Part shown: in pieces, positions 19,160 to 29,037 of the stretch
How the letters are laid out: each line of letters opens with the position of its first letter
Position numbering within the stretch: the first letter of the stretch is position 1
Origin: an uncultured delta proteobacterium
GTDB taxonomy: Bacteria; Desulfobacterota; RBG-13-43-22
Reading direction: 5' to 3'
Assembly: GCA_963802945.1 (NCBI GenBank)
Contig: CAWDKY010000028.1
Coordinates: 32,001 to 96,000 of the forward strand
DNA: 64,000 nt
The notes under the pieces: model-generated
Database searches by the model: none
What the model was told of the DNA's origin: nothing
What the model saw: the letters and a program-made list of their open reading frames with translations, nothing else
Made by a program: the position numbers and the translations under genes

Positions 19160-19921
19160 ATGAATAATCATCTCCTGTGGCAGTATAGGTCTTTTCTCAA
19201 GGATACAATCCGAAAAACCGTCGATTTCTCACAGACAGATCAAAACTTAGGCCTCGGACCACCTCCGATTGAAAAACATTTCTCCGCCGATGCCTTGAGG
19301 ATCGATCTTTTGAAAGAAGATTCCTGGAAAAACATCTCAGCCATCAGTCTGTCAGAAGCCATTAAAAACCGCAGAAGCCACAGGACCTTCGTGAATCGAT
19401 CTCTGAAGTTGAACGAGCTTTCTTTTCTCTTATGGGCCACCCAGGGCATCCGCCATCGGATCGACCAAGGACATGCTTACCGAACCGTCCCTTCTGCCGG
19501 CTGTCGCCATGCCCTGGAAACCTATATGTGTATTTTGAAAGTGGAAGGCCTTGAACCGGGAGTGTACCGCTATCTTCCCCTGGAACATCAACTGCTCTTT
19601 GAATTCAGCGAAGATCGAATGACGGAAAAGCTGGTTGAGGCTGTTTTAGGACAACCCTACCCCGGCAAAGCGGCGGCGACTTTTATCTGGACGGCTTTGC
19701 CCTACAGGATGGAATGGCGATACGGGCTGGCCGCCCATAAGGTAATCGCCATAGAAGCCGGGCACGTTTGTCAGAATCTTTATCTTGCCTGTGAAGCCAT
19801 CGGCTCCGGGACCTGCGCCATTGCCGCTTACGATCAGGAAGCCATAGACAAATTCTTGAGAATTGACGGCCAGGATGAATTCGTCATTTATCTTGCGCCA
19901 GTAGGAAAAGTGAAAATCTGA
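19160..19921 (+). CDS. SagB/ThcOx-type nitroreductase family protein
   Basis: RRS.R.F, LS.LLWA.QG, RTVPSAGCRH.LE.Y, GVY.Y.P..H, RMEWRY, EAGHVCQN.YL.CE. Confidence 0.9.
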   Translation: MNNHLLWQYRSFLKDTIRKTVDFSQTDQNLGLGPPPIEKHFSADALRIDLLKEDSWKNISAISLSEAIKNRRSHRTFVNRSLKLNELSFLLWATQGIRHRIDQGHAYRTVPSAGCRHALETYMCILKVEGLEPGVYRYLPLEHQLLFEFSEDRMTEKLVEAVLGQPYPGKAAATFIWTALPYRMEWRYGLAAHKVIAIEAGHVCQNLYLACEAIGSGTCAIAAYDQEAIDKFLRIDGQDEFVIYLAPVGKVKI

Positions 19922-20147
19922 AAACCTCGACTTAATACGACTTTTAAATCGGATGTCTAACGACTTCTTCCTGTACTCTTTAACCCTCCTCTTTTGAAAA
20001 ACCACAAGATTTCAAACGGTAATCAACGAAAGGGATTTGAAATTTATTGACTTTATATGAAAAAAAGCGTAGACATTTCTTAGTATCTTGATAAAGTTTT
20101 CTTTTTGACAACCTTTTACCAAGGGAGTGTCGATGGAAGATTATTAG

Positions 20148-20180
20148 ACCCCATTTCTCAAGAGAGAGGTGGGGTTTTTT
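20148..20180 (+). terminator. Rho-independent terminator upstream of a small membrane gene
   Basis: ACCCCATTTCTC-AAGA-GAGAGGTGGGGT followed by a T-run. Confidence 0.7.
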
Positions 20181-20288
20181 ATTGGGAAGGTAGTTATTAA
20201 CAATTTTGTTCTGGACATAACCTAAAGGGAAAATAATTCCAATGCTCTTGGGGTGAAAGCCGGGGGGGACTATGAAAGGAAGGTTAAA

Positions 20289-20588
20289 ATGATTGGTATG
20301 GATTTCATCAGTTTCATCATTCTATTGGTTATTAGTATTATAGTTGCCGGGATACTCCACTTCGTCTTTAAATTCTACATTATGCCGGGATGGTTGTCAT
20401 ATATATCAAAGGTCATCATCGGCTGGTTCGGAGCATGGTTGGGTTCCCCGGTATTTGGTTACTGGTGGAAAGGCTTAAATTATAAGGAAGTATATATTGT
20501 CCCTGCGATTCTGGGTTCTTTATCAATCTTGATTTTTTTAGTGGACTTTATAAAGACTCGTGCTTCAGTTTTTAAAAGTACGGGCTAA
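20289..20588 (+). CDS. Small membrane protein (GlsB/YeaQ/YmgE-like)
   Basis: Three hydrophobic segments with IIGW.GAWLG and PAILG motifs; ATG 20289 follows AAGGAAGG. Confidence 0.65.
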   Translation: MIGMDFISFIILLVISIIVAGILHFVFKFYIMPGWLSYISKVIIGWFGAWLGSPVFGYWWKGLNYKEVYIVPAILGSLSILIFLVDFIKTRASVFKSTG

Positions 20589-20593
20589 TTATC

Positions 20594-20677
20594 CCCCACT
20601 ATCTCAGCCTGATGAGAAATTAACTTTACAGGTTCCCCCCTGATGCATCATTAATAAGTGAGAAGTGGGGTTTTTTT
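20594..20677 (+). terminator. Terminator-like hairpin with a large loop
   Basis: CCCCACTATCTCA ... TGAGAAGTGGGG followed by T7. Confidence 0.5.
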
Positions 20678-20822
20678 GTTGCTTTGGTTTTATTGTTTTT
20701 TAGCTTGCCCTAAGTTTAGGGGCCCTAAGGAAAGGGGGATTTTTGCCAGAAAAAAATAGATGAGGTTATTTTAAGAGAAGACGTTTTGCTTTTAATATTT
20801 TAAGTTAAGGAGGAGGTTTAAA

Positions 20823-22259
20823 ATGAAAAAGGGTAAAGGAATTTTAATGTTTCTCTGTGTTTTTTCTTTTTTCTTCCTGGTAACAGCCATGAGTCCGACC
20901 CTGGGTATGGCGGCGCAGAAAGCCAAGGCGCCGGCGGTGAAAGCCAGATTTGATGTCAACAAAATGGCTGACATGTCAGACTTCGATCCCAGCAACTGGG
21001 CAAACCCGACCGGGGACACCATCAAGATCGCTGTGGTAGCTACCTTTTCCGGTCCGGCCGCTGCGGTGGGAGAAGGTTTCTGGCTCAATGCCACCTGGGC
21101 AGCCCACGATTACAACAAAAGGGGCGGGATCATGGTGGACGGCAAAAAGAAGCTGATCCAGCTCTTCAAGGCCGATACGATGTCGAGGCCCGACCAAGCC
21201 AAGAAGATCTGTGAGCAGATGGTCCTGCAAGAAGGGGTCAAATTCCTTTGGGGCGCTGATGGCAGCCACATTGTGAAAGTCATGAACCAAACGGCCGATA
21301 AATATAAGGTCATTTCCGTGAACATGATTTCCTTAGCCGATGAACTCCAGGATGCCCAAAATTTTTCCCGCTATGCCTTTATGACTTGGTGGCAGACCTC
21401 ACAGGTCGGCCGTGCTACAGCCTATTTTTACGGCCAGATCAGGAAAAAGGAAAAAAAGTTCTACATCATCGGTCAGGACTACCTGTTCGGCCATGACATG
21501 GCCGAAAACTTCAAAAAAGGGTTAAAGGAATACTATCCCGAGGCTCAGGTCGTCGGCGAGGATTTTCATAAGCTGTTCCAGACAGACTATGCCCCTTATA
21601 TTTCCAAGATAAAGGCCTCCGGAGCTGAGGTGGTTTACACCGGAGATTGGGATCCGGATGCCACCAACCTGCTCAAACAATCCAGAGCGATGGGGTTGAA
21701 CATTCCTTTTGCCCACATTTACATGACTAACTACGCTACCATGGCCGACCTGGGGGTTGAGGCTACCAAAGGTTTGCAACTGGCCGGCCCTTATTACGGG
21801 GCAACCATGCCATGGTTCAAAGCACCGGGGTATAAAAAATACTGGGATGCAATGCAGACTGCCTATAAGAGATTCAAACCACCATATGATAAATTGCTTT
21901 ACTCGCAGGGGTGGGACCCCATATCAATGGAGTTTAATTGGCTTTTGAGCGTCATCGAAAGAGCTCAAAGTACCGACCCAGAGAAGATCATCAAGACTTG
22001 GGAGGGAGACACCTACCAATACGTAAATGGCCATGTCAAGAAAATGCGGCCCTGCGATCACAATACGATTCAGGATCTTTATATCACCGAGTATGTCCCA
22101 CCCGATCAACAAAAGGTGGCCATAAATATTCCGCCTTATAAGTGGACGGATAAATCTTCCTGGTGGGGCCCCACGTACTTGGTACCGGCGGCCAAAGTCC
22201 TTCCCTGGATGGATCCGAAACTGGAAAGGTGCAGTGGAAAGAAACCGTCGGGAGATTAG
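20823..22259 (+). CDS. Orphan Liv-type ABC substrate-binding protein
   Basis: Signal peptide, TIKIAVV..FSGP, N.RGGI.V.G, QDY.FGH, D.APYI.KIKASGA. No permease genes are adjacent. Confidence 0.88.
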   Translation: MKKGKGILMFLCVFSFFFLVTAMSPTLGMAAQKAKAPAVKARFDVNKMADMSDFDPSNWANPTGDTIKIAVVATFSGPAAAVGEGFWLNATWAAHDYNKRGGIMVDGKKKLIQLFKADTMSRPDQAKKICEQMVLQEGVKFLWGADGSHIVKVMNQTADKYKVISVNMISLADELQDAQNFSRYAFMTWWQTSQVGRATAYFYGQIRKKEKKFYIIGQDYLFGHDMAENFKKGLKEYYPEAQVVGEDFHKLFQTDYAPYISKIKASGAEVVYTGDWDPDATNLLKQSRAMGLNIPFAHIYMTNYATMADLGVEATKGLQLAGPYYGATMPWFKAPGYKKYWDAMQTAYKRFKPPYDKLLYSQGWDPISMEFNWLLSVIERAQSTDPEKIIKTWEGDTYQYVNGHVKKMRPCDHNTIQDLYITEYVPPDQQKVAINIPPYKWTDKSSWWGPTYLVPAAKVLPWMDPKLERCSGKKPSGD

Positions 22260-22754
22260 CTAACAGAAAATCACCCAATATAAAATCTATTGCAAGTCCG
22301 ATTTTCACCCAAAAGCGCCTTGATTTTTTTCAAGGTAAGATCACTCCCGACTATATCCATCCAAGCCGCCTCGTCTGACCGTGGGGCGGATTGTACAGTT
22401 CAAGCTGTAATAGTTAATTTTTGGAACGATCGCCTTAGAATAGTTATAGAAATACTTGAAGAATTCGGTGAGGTGAGGCCATGTTTGAGGAAACCTGTGG
22501 GCTTCTTCTTGATCTTAAAGAGAACCTATTACTATGATGTAATACCTCGACTCTTATCCGTTACAATCATTGTGAAAATTACTATTTTTTATAGTCATAG
22601 TATTCTGTTTTTGAGTTTGATGGTGATTTCTTTTCTCATTTCAGATCTTTTGTGGCCCTTAAAGGAAGAGAAGGGTTCTTTTTTTCAATAATTAGTCTAT
22701 TAGTCCTGAAAATTACCCTAATGGTTTAAAGTTAACCAAAAAGGAGGTAGAAAA

Positions 22755-23801
22755 ATGGATTCTGTGGGCATAAGAGTAAGAGATTATGAGGAGAGGCTTC
22801 ACGAGAAGAAGTACAAAAGGAGATTGAACAAGCTGATGAGTGAGAAGGATGCGGTGGAGACATTTCTTCATGATGGTGATTCATTTTGTATGGGTGGATT
22901 TGTCGGGTGGAGACAGCCTGAATCCATAATGAGGGAAATAGGACGCCAGGGAAAGAAACACTTATCGGTAATTGATGAGAGCAGCGATTCGGGTGGGATA
23001 GATTTGTTAGTGGCCTTAGGGGCGCTTGACAGGATAGATATAGCCTACTGGCCAATCCGTCAAATTGGCGGCTTTTCCGGCCATCCCGCCATAGATCACT
23101 CTCAAAGGGACGGGGTACCACGTCCGATGGACGGGGGCGGCGTTTTGACAACACCGAAGGGTAAAATTAAAGATGATACGCCTCCTGTCAAGGTGGTGGA
23201 CTGGACAAACTTCCAGATATCAATGAGATTTATGGCCGGAGCGCTAAATGTGCCCTTTATACCGAACCGCTCCGCAATGCAGACTGATATTATCAATTAC
23301 AACAAAGAAATCATGACAATGAATGACCCATATCTAAACACACTAATCTTACTGATCCCCGCTTATCAACCGGATGTTGCCTTCATTTCCGTTCAAAGGG
23401 CGGACCGGAGAGGCAACGGTCAGATATGGGGCATGAGGGGGTCCGAATACTGGAAGGCCAGGGCGGCCAAGCATGTGGTCCTGCTTACCGAAGAACTCGT
23501 TCCAACCTACAAAATATATGAAAACGCCGGCCTCACCGTAATACCGGCTTATTGTACCGATGCGGTTGTCCACCTTCCCTTTAACTGCCTCCCCACTGGC
23601 TGTTATGGAATGTATACAGGAGAAGGATTATTAGCAACTGGTCATTTGATGCAGAAACAGACCCGTGAGGGCTACTTGAAATGGATTGACGAGTGGATTT
23701 ACGGCACCAAGGATCACTTGGATTGGTGCGATAAAATAGGTTGGGAAATAATCAACAGACTGGCTAAATCAGAGCGTGTTTATAATCGAATTCCAGAGTG
23801 A
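22755..23801 (+). CDS. Family I CoA-transferase subunit A (glutaconate CoA-transferase-like)
   Basis: KLM...AV..F..DGD..MGGF, RF.AGA..VPF.P, PA..PDVA.I.VQ.AD..GN, A.AAK.V....EE.V. Confidence 0.9.
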   Translation: MDSVGIRVRDYEERLHEKKYKRRLNKLMSEKDAVETFLHDGDSFCMGGFVGWRQPESIMREIGRQGKKHLSVIDESSDSGGIDLLVALGALDRIDIAYWPIRQIGGFSGHPAIDHSQRDGVPRPMDGGGVLTTPKGKIKDDTPPVKVVDWTNFQISMRFMAGALNVPFIPNRSAMQTDIINYNKEIMTMNDPYLNTLILLIPAYQPDVAFISVQRADRRGNGQIWGMRGSEYWKARAAKHVVLLTEELVPTYKIYENAGLTVIPAYCTDAVVHLPFNCLPTGCYGMYTGEGLLATGHLMQKQTREGYLKWIDEWIYGTKDHLDWCDKIGWEIINRLAKSERVYNRIPE

Positions 23802-23829
23802 AAAAAATAATCCAAAAGGAGGTATAAAA

Positions 23830-24771
23830 ATGTTTAGACAATATACAATGAGGGACAAGTTTACGCCTGAACAGCTTAAACAGATGAAGGAAGGATTATT
23901 GCCATCCCAGAAGATATGCACGGTCGCCGCCAGGGAATTCGAGGACCATGAGGTGTTATTCGGAGGCGTGGGAATTGCCTTCCTGGCTGTAGCTATCTCA
24001 AAGTTGGTCTATACCCATAACGTCATACTAGTAGCGGAAGCAGGTTATATTGGATTTGCTGGAGTTTCAGCCATGGGCAGCCCGGCCGATAATTGGGGGG
24101 GCACAATGGCCATGTGCCATCAGGGACTTCCTGAAACTTTTATAGATAATCAGGCCGGTTTTGTCGACGCAGCTTGCCTGGGATTTGCCCAGATGGACAA
24201 ATATGGAAATGTAAATGTTACTTATATCGTCAAGCCAGACATCAGGATGAATGGCAGCGGTGGCGGCAGCGATATAGCCTCTTCAGCTGGAAGAATTGTC
24301 TTTACCATTGAGTATAACCCCAGGCAGTGGGTAAATAAACTTGACTACATAACCGAACCAGGCTTCTTCGATGGCAGCCCTGACGCCAGAAAGAAGGCGG
24401 GTCTCATAGGAACAGGACCGTCCGCCGTCGTCTCTGATAGAGGGATCTTCAGATTTGACTCTGAGAGTCATGAGATATATCTTTCCGAGATATTTCCCTG
24501 GCAGGATGAGGCCGATATTGAAGAGATAGTGAAGGCTTTCCCCTGGGAACTGAAGGTGTCGAGCGATTTGAAAATTATTGAGCCTCCCACCGAAAAGGAA
24601 CTCTGGGCGATGAGATTAATGGATCCACTTGGTGGATGGACGATAGCCAATTTAATGGACAGACCTGTTGGCAAGGTTATGAGGGAAGGCAGATTTAATC
24701 TCGATGGAACACTTGATTTATTGAGGCCGCGTGAGGCTTCGATCAGAGAGGCAATGGACATATTAAGTTGA
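23830..24771 (+). CDS. Family I CoA-transferase subunit B
   Basis: AAR...D.EV.F.G.G, catalytic E in VAEAG, LG.AQ.D.YGNVN, R..GSGG..D, GP..VV.D.G.F.F. Start set at ATG 23830 (RBS AAGGAGGT). Confidence 0.9.
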   Translation: MFRQYTMRDKFTPEQLKQMKEGLLPSQKICTVAAREFEDHEVLFGGVGIAFLAVAISKLVYTHNVILVAEAGYIGFAGVSAMGSPADNWGGTMAMCHQGLPETFIDNQAGFVDAACLGFAQMDKYGNVNVTYIVKPDIRMNGSGGGSDIASSAGRIVFTIEYNPRQWVNKLDYITEPGFFDGSPDARKKAGLIGTGPSAVVSDRGIFRFDSESHEIYLSEIFPWQDEADIEEIVKAFPWELKVSSDLKIIEPPTEKELWAMRLMDPLGGWTIANLMDRPVGKVMREGRFNLDGTLDLLRPREASIREAMDILS

Positions 24772-24879
24772 ATTATTAACAAGATGCCCAAACCCAAAGC
24801 CCTTAAATTTCACATCGACTCAACGGACTCCCAGCTTCCTTTCTATACTGAAGCTCGAAGAGGTGCGAATACTACCCTA

Positions 24880-25000
24880 TTCCGGTTTGGGTTATATATA
24901 GTTAAGGGAGGTCTATGCTGGAGCGGTTCGCAAGGAAGAGGCCATGACGAATCTGAAAAAGGCCGAGGACATGTTCCAGGAGATGAGCATGGATTATTAC
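24880..25000 (+). pseudogene. C-terminal remnant of a TPR-tailed (adenylate cyclase/AAA-type) protein
   Basis: Reads GYI*LREVYAGAVRKEEAMTNLKKAEDMFQEMSMDYY, resembling the GYL.LGE.Y...G..E.A...LKKAE.MF.EMGM.YW tail of such proteins; contains an internal stop. Confidence 0.45.
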
Positions 25001-25139
25001 CAAGGCGCAGGAGGCGCTGGCGAAGCTGTAGAGAATTCAAGGAGCTTCTATGGCACATTTCAAACGGTAATCATTAATTTTCGGGATTGCCTCTTTAGAA
25101 GATTTGTAGGTGACCTTCCCCCTAAAAGTGGACACATGG

Positions 25140-25997
25140 TTAAGTTTCATTAAGGAGCCTTTCATACTGCTCGGGGCTTCTGTACCCTAAGGCCGAATGA
25201 CTCCTCTGACGATTATAAAATACTTCCACGTACTCAAAAATACTTAGCCTGGCCTCCAGCCTTGAACGGTACCGCTCCCCATGAACCAGTTCCGTTTTCA
25301 GGGTACCAAAGAACGACTCCACATAGGCATTATCATAGCAATTGCCGCTTCGGCTCATACTCGGGATCAGGCCGTATTCTCTTAAAAGCTCCTGATAGGC
25401 ATAGCTGGCATACTGCCGGCCTCGATCGGAATGATGAATCAACCCTTCCGTGGGGCTTTGCCTGCCCACAGCATCCCTGAGCGCAGCAGAAGCCAGCTCC
25501 TGAGACAACTTGTCGCTCATGGAAAGCCCGATGATCTTCCTACTTTTCACCTTCATCACCGCGGCCACATAGAGCCATCCTTCAGAAGTAGGCACAAACG
25601 TCATATCCGATGCCCATACCCCATCGGTCTGCCTCCGGTCAATCAGTAAGTTAGAAGCCAAGGCATAAGGATGCCGTGAATCGGTGGTCCGTCTGAATCT
25701 CCTTTTCTTCACCGAGGCTCTTATCGAGTGCTCTTTCATGACTCTGGCAACCCGTTTCTTCCCACATCGATACCCCTGTCTCTTCAGTTCCGCGGTAATC
25801 CGCGGACTCCCATAAAGACTTCGACTTTGATGGTGGATCTCCCGTATCTGCCTCAGCAGTTCCTCATGGCCTCTCTGGCGCAGGCTCGGCTGACGTCTCT
25901 CCCAGGCATAATAACCACTTCGGGATACCTTCAACACTTTACACATACTCTTGATCTTGTAACCCTCCCGCTGCTCTTCTATAAACCGATACTTCAT
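25140..25997 (-). CDS. IS3 transposase OrfB (DDE)
   Basis: YG.PRI, W..D.T, HHSDRG.QY.S, S..GNCYDNA..ESFF..LK.E, YN..R.HS.LGY.SP. ATGA overlap with orfA and an A7G -1 frameshift motif near 26026-26033. Confidence 0.93.
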   Translation of the reverse strand: MKYRFIEEQREGYKIKSMCKVLKVSRSGYYAWERRQPSLRQRGHEELLRQIREIHHQSRSLYGSPRITAELKRQGYRCGKKRVARVMKEHSIRASVKKRRFRRTTDSRHPYALASNLLIDRRQTDGVWASDMTFVPTSEGWLYVAAVMKVKSRKIIGLSMSDKLSQELASAALRDAVGRQSPTEGLIHHSDRGRQYASYAYQELLREYGLIPSMSRSGNCYDNAYVESFFGTLKTELVHGERYRSRLEARLSIFEYVEVFYNRQRSHSALGYRSPEQYERLLNET

Positions 25998-26290
25998 GGG
26001 TTTTGTTTGGAGAATACGGCCAAGGCTTTTTTTAAAATGTCCCTCTCTTCCCTTACCTTTCCTAAGGCCTTCCGGAGTCCCCTTATTTCCACTTCCTCTG
26101 GCTTGACACGACCCTTCCCGACAAAGGCTTGATCCCCGTTGGCTAAATACCTCCTCCTCCATCCATGAAGCAGATTAGGATGAATATCCAGCTCTCGTGC
26201 CACCTTACCCACCGGCATCCCTTTCTCGGTGACCAACTGTACGGCATCTCGTTTGAACTCACGGCTAAAATAACGATGACTTTCCCCCAT
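25994..26290 (-). CDS. IS3 transposase OrfA (HTH)
   Basis: FSREFK..AV.LV......V..VAR.L.I....L..W and E.DILKKA; RBS AGGAGG before ATG 26290. Confidence 0.92.
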   Translation of the reverse strand: MGESHRYFSREFKRDAVQLVTEKGMPVGKVARELDIHPNLLHGWRRRYLANGDQAFVGKGRVKPEEVEIRGLRKALGKVREERDILKKALAVFSKQNP

Positions 26291-26460
26291 AGACACCTCC
26301 TTCCTAATAATACAAATTCTTAGTGGTGTCCATTTTTTCGGGGGAAGGTCAAGGTGTAACATTCGAATACGGTGCAATGAGGCATTTTCGAAGAAACTTG
26401 TGCAAAATAGGGACAACAGTGCTCAGCGGATACCGATTAATAATTATGGTTGGGTAGGGC

Positions 26461-27900
26461 CTACTTTTTGGCAGTGGTTTGTTTGGCTACCCATTCCCAG
26501 TAAACACCAATAGAGTAAACCGCATCCTGTATTTTGGGATACACGGGGAAGCCCGCCTTTCGTAGGGCGGAAAAGGTGGAAATCCTGGCACGCTCGACCT
26601 CAAGATGGTCTTCCGTAAAGCAGGAAAGGATCGGTATAATCGGTTTTTTTATTTCCTCGGCCATATTGAAAAAGGTCTGCTCGTCGTTTTTCACCTTTAG
26701 CATAACTTCCGACCGCATGATGTACTCGACGGAAAAATAAGGGATGATCACATCTATACCGTCATCTTCATCCATGGCCTTCATGGTATGGGACATGACT
26801 TCGAGGTCAAAACCGAATGCGCCCAGATCGACCGGGTTTGCCGTCGAAGTGTTGACGCCCTTGATCTTCTCAGCGATCATCCGTTGTGATTTTTCTGACA
26901 ATTCCGGAAGTGAAAGTCCTGCCTGTAAAGCCAGGTCAGTGAACATGACGGAAACGCCCCCTCCGGCACCAAGGAATCCGACACGTTTTCCTCCCAAGGC
27001 TTTTCTCGCCGTACTCAGCATAACCAGATTCATCATCTGATCGAAATCGTTAATTAAAATCCCTCCGTACTGGCGAATGGCCGCAGCCCAGACGGTATAA
27101 TCGCTGGCCATGGCGCCGGTGTGGCTGGCGGCCGCTCTAGCCCCTGTCTCCGTTCTCCCACCTTTAAGAATGACGACCGGTTTTTTAGCCGTCGTTCGAC
27201 CCAAAGCTTTGAGGAAGGTCCCGGTATCCTTGATGTCCTCTATATAGCAGGCAATCAACCGGATATTCTTGTCCCCGGCGAAATAATCCAGGTAATCCTC
27301 AACCCGGAGATCAATCTGATTTCCATAGGAGATGACTTTATTCAGCTTGATTTTTCTGGTCAGCGCAGTACTTACAAAATTTCCGGTAATTCCCCCGGAT
27401 TGCGCCAGGAAGGCCACTAAACCCGGCAATTTTTCCCGAATGGGCATGCCGAAACTCAGGCCCGACTCGGTGCAGTAAACACCTATACAGTTGGGGCCTA
27501 CGATCCTAACCTTTCCTTTTCGGGCTTCCCTGATCAGATCCTCCTCCAGTTGCCGGTTTCCCGTTTCTCCGAAACCGGAGGTGAAAAAATGAACGAATTT
27601 GATTTTTTTACGGACCGCGGCCCTGACGATGTCTATGGACTGTTGAACTGGTGCTGCTACAATAGCCAGATCGATATTTTCAGGAAGTTCATCAATCGAG
27701 GCATAAGCCTTTCGGCCTTCTATTTCCTTATATTTCGGATTAACCGGATAGAGGGCGCCTTGGAACTGGTTCGCCAGCAATAGCTGAAAGTAAGGGACTT
27801 TCCCTCCTCCCAGGTTGCTGGAGGCACCTATAACGGCGACACTTTTAGGATAAAATAAGCTAGTAAGATCCACTACTGAACTCCTTGTATTTCTGATCAT
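26461..27900 (-). CDS. NDP-forming acyl-CoA synthetase alpha subunit (CoA-binding protein)
   Basis: FYPKSVAVIGAS, YPVNP, GPNC.G, QSGG, S.GNQ.D, KGGRT..G..AA.SHTG (phospho-His), NPVD. Confidence 0.9.
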   Translation of the reverse strand: MIRNTRSSVVDLTSLFYPKSVAVIGASSNLGGGKVPYFQLLLANQFQGALYPVNPKYKEIEGRKAYASIDELPENIDLAIVAAPVQQSIDIVRAAVRKKIKFVHFFTSGFGETGNRQLEEDLIREARKGKVRIVGPNCIGVYCTESGLSFGMPIREKLPGLVAFLAQSGGITGNFVSTALTRKIKLNKVISYGNQIDLRVEDYLDYFAGDKNIRLIACYIEDIKDTGTFLKALGRTTAKKPVVILKGGRTETGARAAASHTGAMASDYTVWAAAIRQYGGILINDFDQMMNLVMLSTARKALGGKRVGFLGAGGGVSVMFTDLALQAGLSLPELSEKSQRMIAEKIKGVNTSTANPVDLGAFGFDLEVMSHTMKAMDEDDGIDVIIPYFSVEYIMRSEVMLKVKNDEQTFFNMAEEIKKPIIPILSCFTEDHLEVERARISTFSALRKAGFPVYPKIQDAVYSIGVYWEWVAKQTTAKK

Positions 27901-28152
27901 ATTTCTAACACACGAGAACTTTTTTCGAAAAAACTAATCAATCGAAAAGAGGCAAAAGACGTTAGGCGAATCATGGTGTTTGCCGGCTCCTCACCTGCAA
28001 AACATAAAACACCTTCCTTGAACTCTTTGAGCTTTTGCCGTCAACATAGTTATTTCCAAAAACAAAACTACTAAATTAACGGGCAAGGGGGTATATTATA
28101 ATACCTTTATCTTTAGGACATCCTGTTCTCCTTGGAACAGGGCGCCGATTTC

Positions 28153-29016
28153 TTATTTAGAGAGGGTCAGGATTTTCCTGGCCTCATCTGGTGTGGCCAC
28201 ATCCCTTTCGGCCAGCTCAATGATTTGTTTAGCCACTTCCACCTGTTCCCAACTTCCCTGAGCCATCTTGTTTCTCAACACCCGAATATTGTCTTCCAGA
28301 CCAACCCGAATATGTCCGCCCATAATGGAGGCCTGGATGGCGGCCGGAAACTGATTGGGCCCCACACCGCAGACCGACCAAGTGGCGTCGGGCGGTAAAA
28401 GACTCTGCATATGGACCATATTTAAGGGGGTAAAAGGGACACCACCGGCCACACCGAAGACCAGTTGAAAGTGCATGGGCTCATCAAAGATTCCCTGCTT
28501 TCGGACCAGGAGGGTGTTATAAATACCTCCGAAGTCGTAGGCCTCGCATTCTGGTTTGATGCCGTTTTCCTTCATTTGTTTGGCAAAGTCGATCATCATG
28601 TTAAAGGTGTTTTCGAAAATGGCGTCCCCGTTCATCAAGATTTGTCCGGTCTTGTGATCAACGATGGAGAAATTCATGGAATTGGTGTTCAAAGAGGCCA
28701 GTTCCGGTTTCATGGTTACAATGGGGGCAATTCGCTGTTCGTTGCTGAATCCGACACCAATAGCCGAACTCATGTTCAGAATCACTTCTGGACATTTATT
28801 ACGTATGGCATCGATGGTTTCCCGGATGAAGGGGATATGGGCCGTGGGATCCCCGGCCTTCGGATCGCGGACATGGATGTGTACAATGGCTGCACCGGCC
28901 TTCCAGCACTTATAGGACTCTTCGGCGAATTCCTTGGCAGTATAGGGAACAGCCGGATTCTGCTCTTTTCGCGTGGCAGCCCCGGACAGGGCGGCACTGA
29001 TGATGACTTTTTCCAT
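28153..29016 (-). CDS. Beta-keto acid cleavage enzyme (BKACE/Kce family)
   Basis: IISAA.SG, P.VP.T..E...E...C..AGA.IVH.H.RD, KPE.E.YD, GGH.RVGLED. Confidence 0.92.
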   Translation of the reverse strand: MEKVIISAALSGAATRKEQNPAVPYTAKEFAEESYKCWKAGAAIVHIHVRDPKAGDPTAHIPFIRETIDAIRNKCPEVILNMSSAIGVGFSNEQRIAPIVTMKPELASLNTNSMNFSIVDHKTGQILMNGDAIFENTFNMMIDFAKQMKENGIKPECEAYDFGGIYNTLLVRKQGIFDEPMHFQLVFGVAGGVPFTPLNMVHMQSLLPPDATWSVCGVGPNQFPAAIQASIMGGHIRVGLEDNIRVLRNKMAQGSWEQVEVAKQIIELAERDVATPDEARKILTLSK

Positions 29017-29037
29017 TTTAACCTCCTTAATAACTGA

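Larger units (their letters stand above)
25111..26351 (-). mobile_element. Complete IS3-family insertion sequence (1241 bp) with 3-bp target duplication AGG
   Basis: Terminal IRs TGACCTTCCCCCTAAAAGTGGACAC / GTGTCCATTTTTTCGGGGGAAGGTCA (TG...CA). AGG at 25108-25110 and 26352-26354. Confidence 0.95.

Noticed and set aside
19160-19921. SagB-type dehydrogenase as part of a RiPP (thiazole/oxazole) cluster
   Set aside because: No YcaO, precursor peptide or dedicated exporter is nearby; stand-alone nitroreductase-fold homologues are common in anaerobes.
20608-20660. CTGATGAG(AAA) as a hammerhead ribozyme core
   Set aside because: No stem II or downstream GAAA/UH geometry could be built by eye; an Rfam scan would settle it.
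22290-22691. 133-aa ORF between the binding-protein gene and CoA-transferase
   Set aside because: TTG start without an RBS, no motifs, AT-rich; more likely promoter/intergenic DNA.
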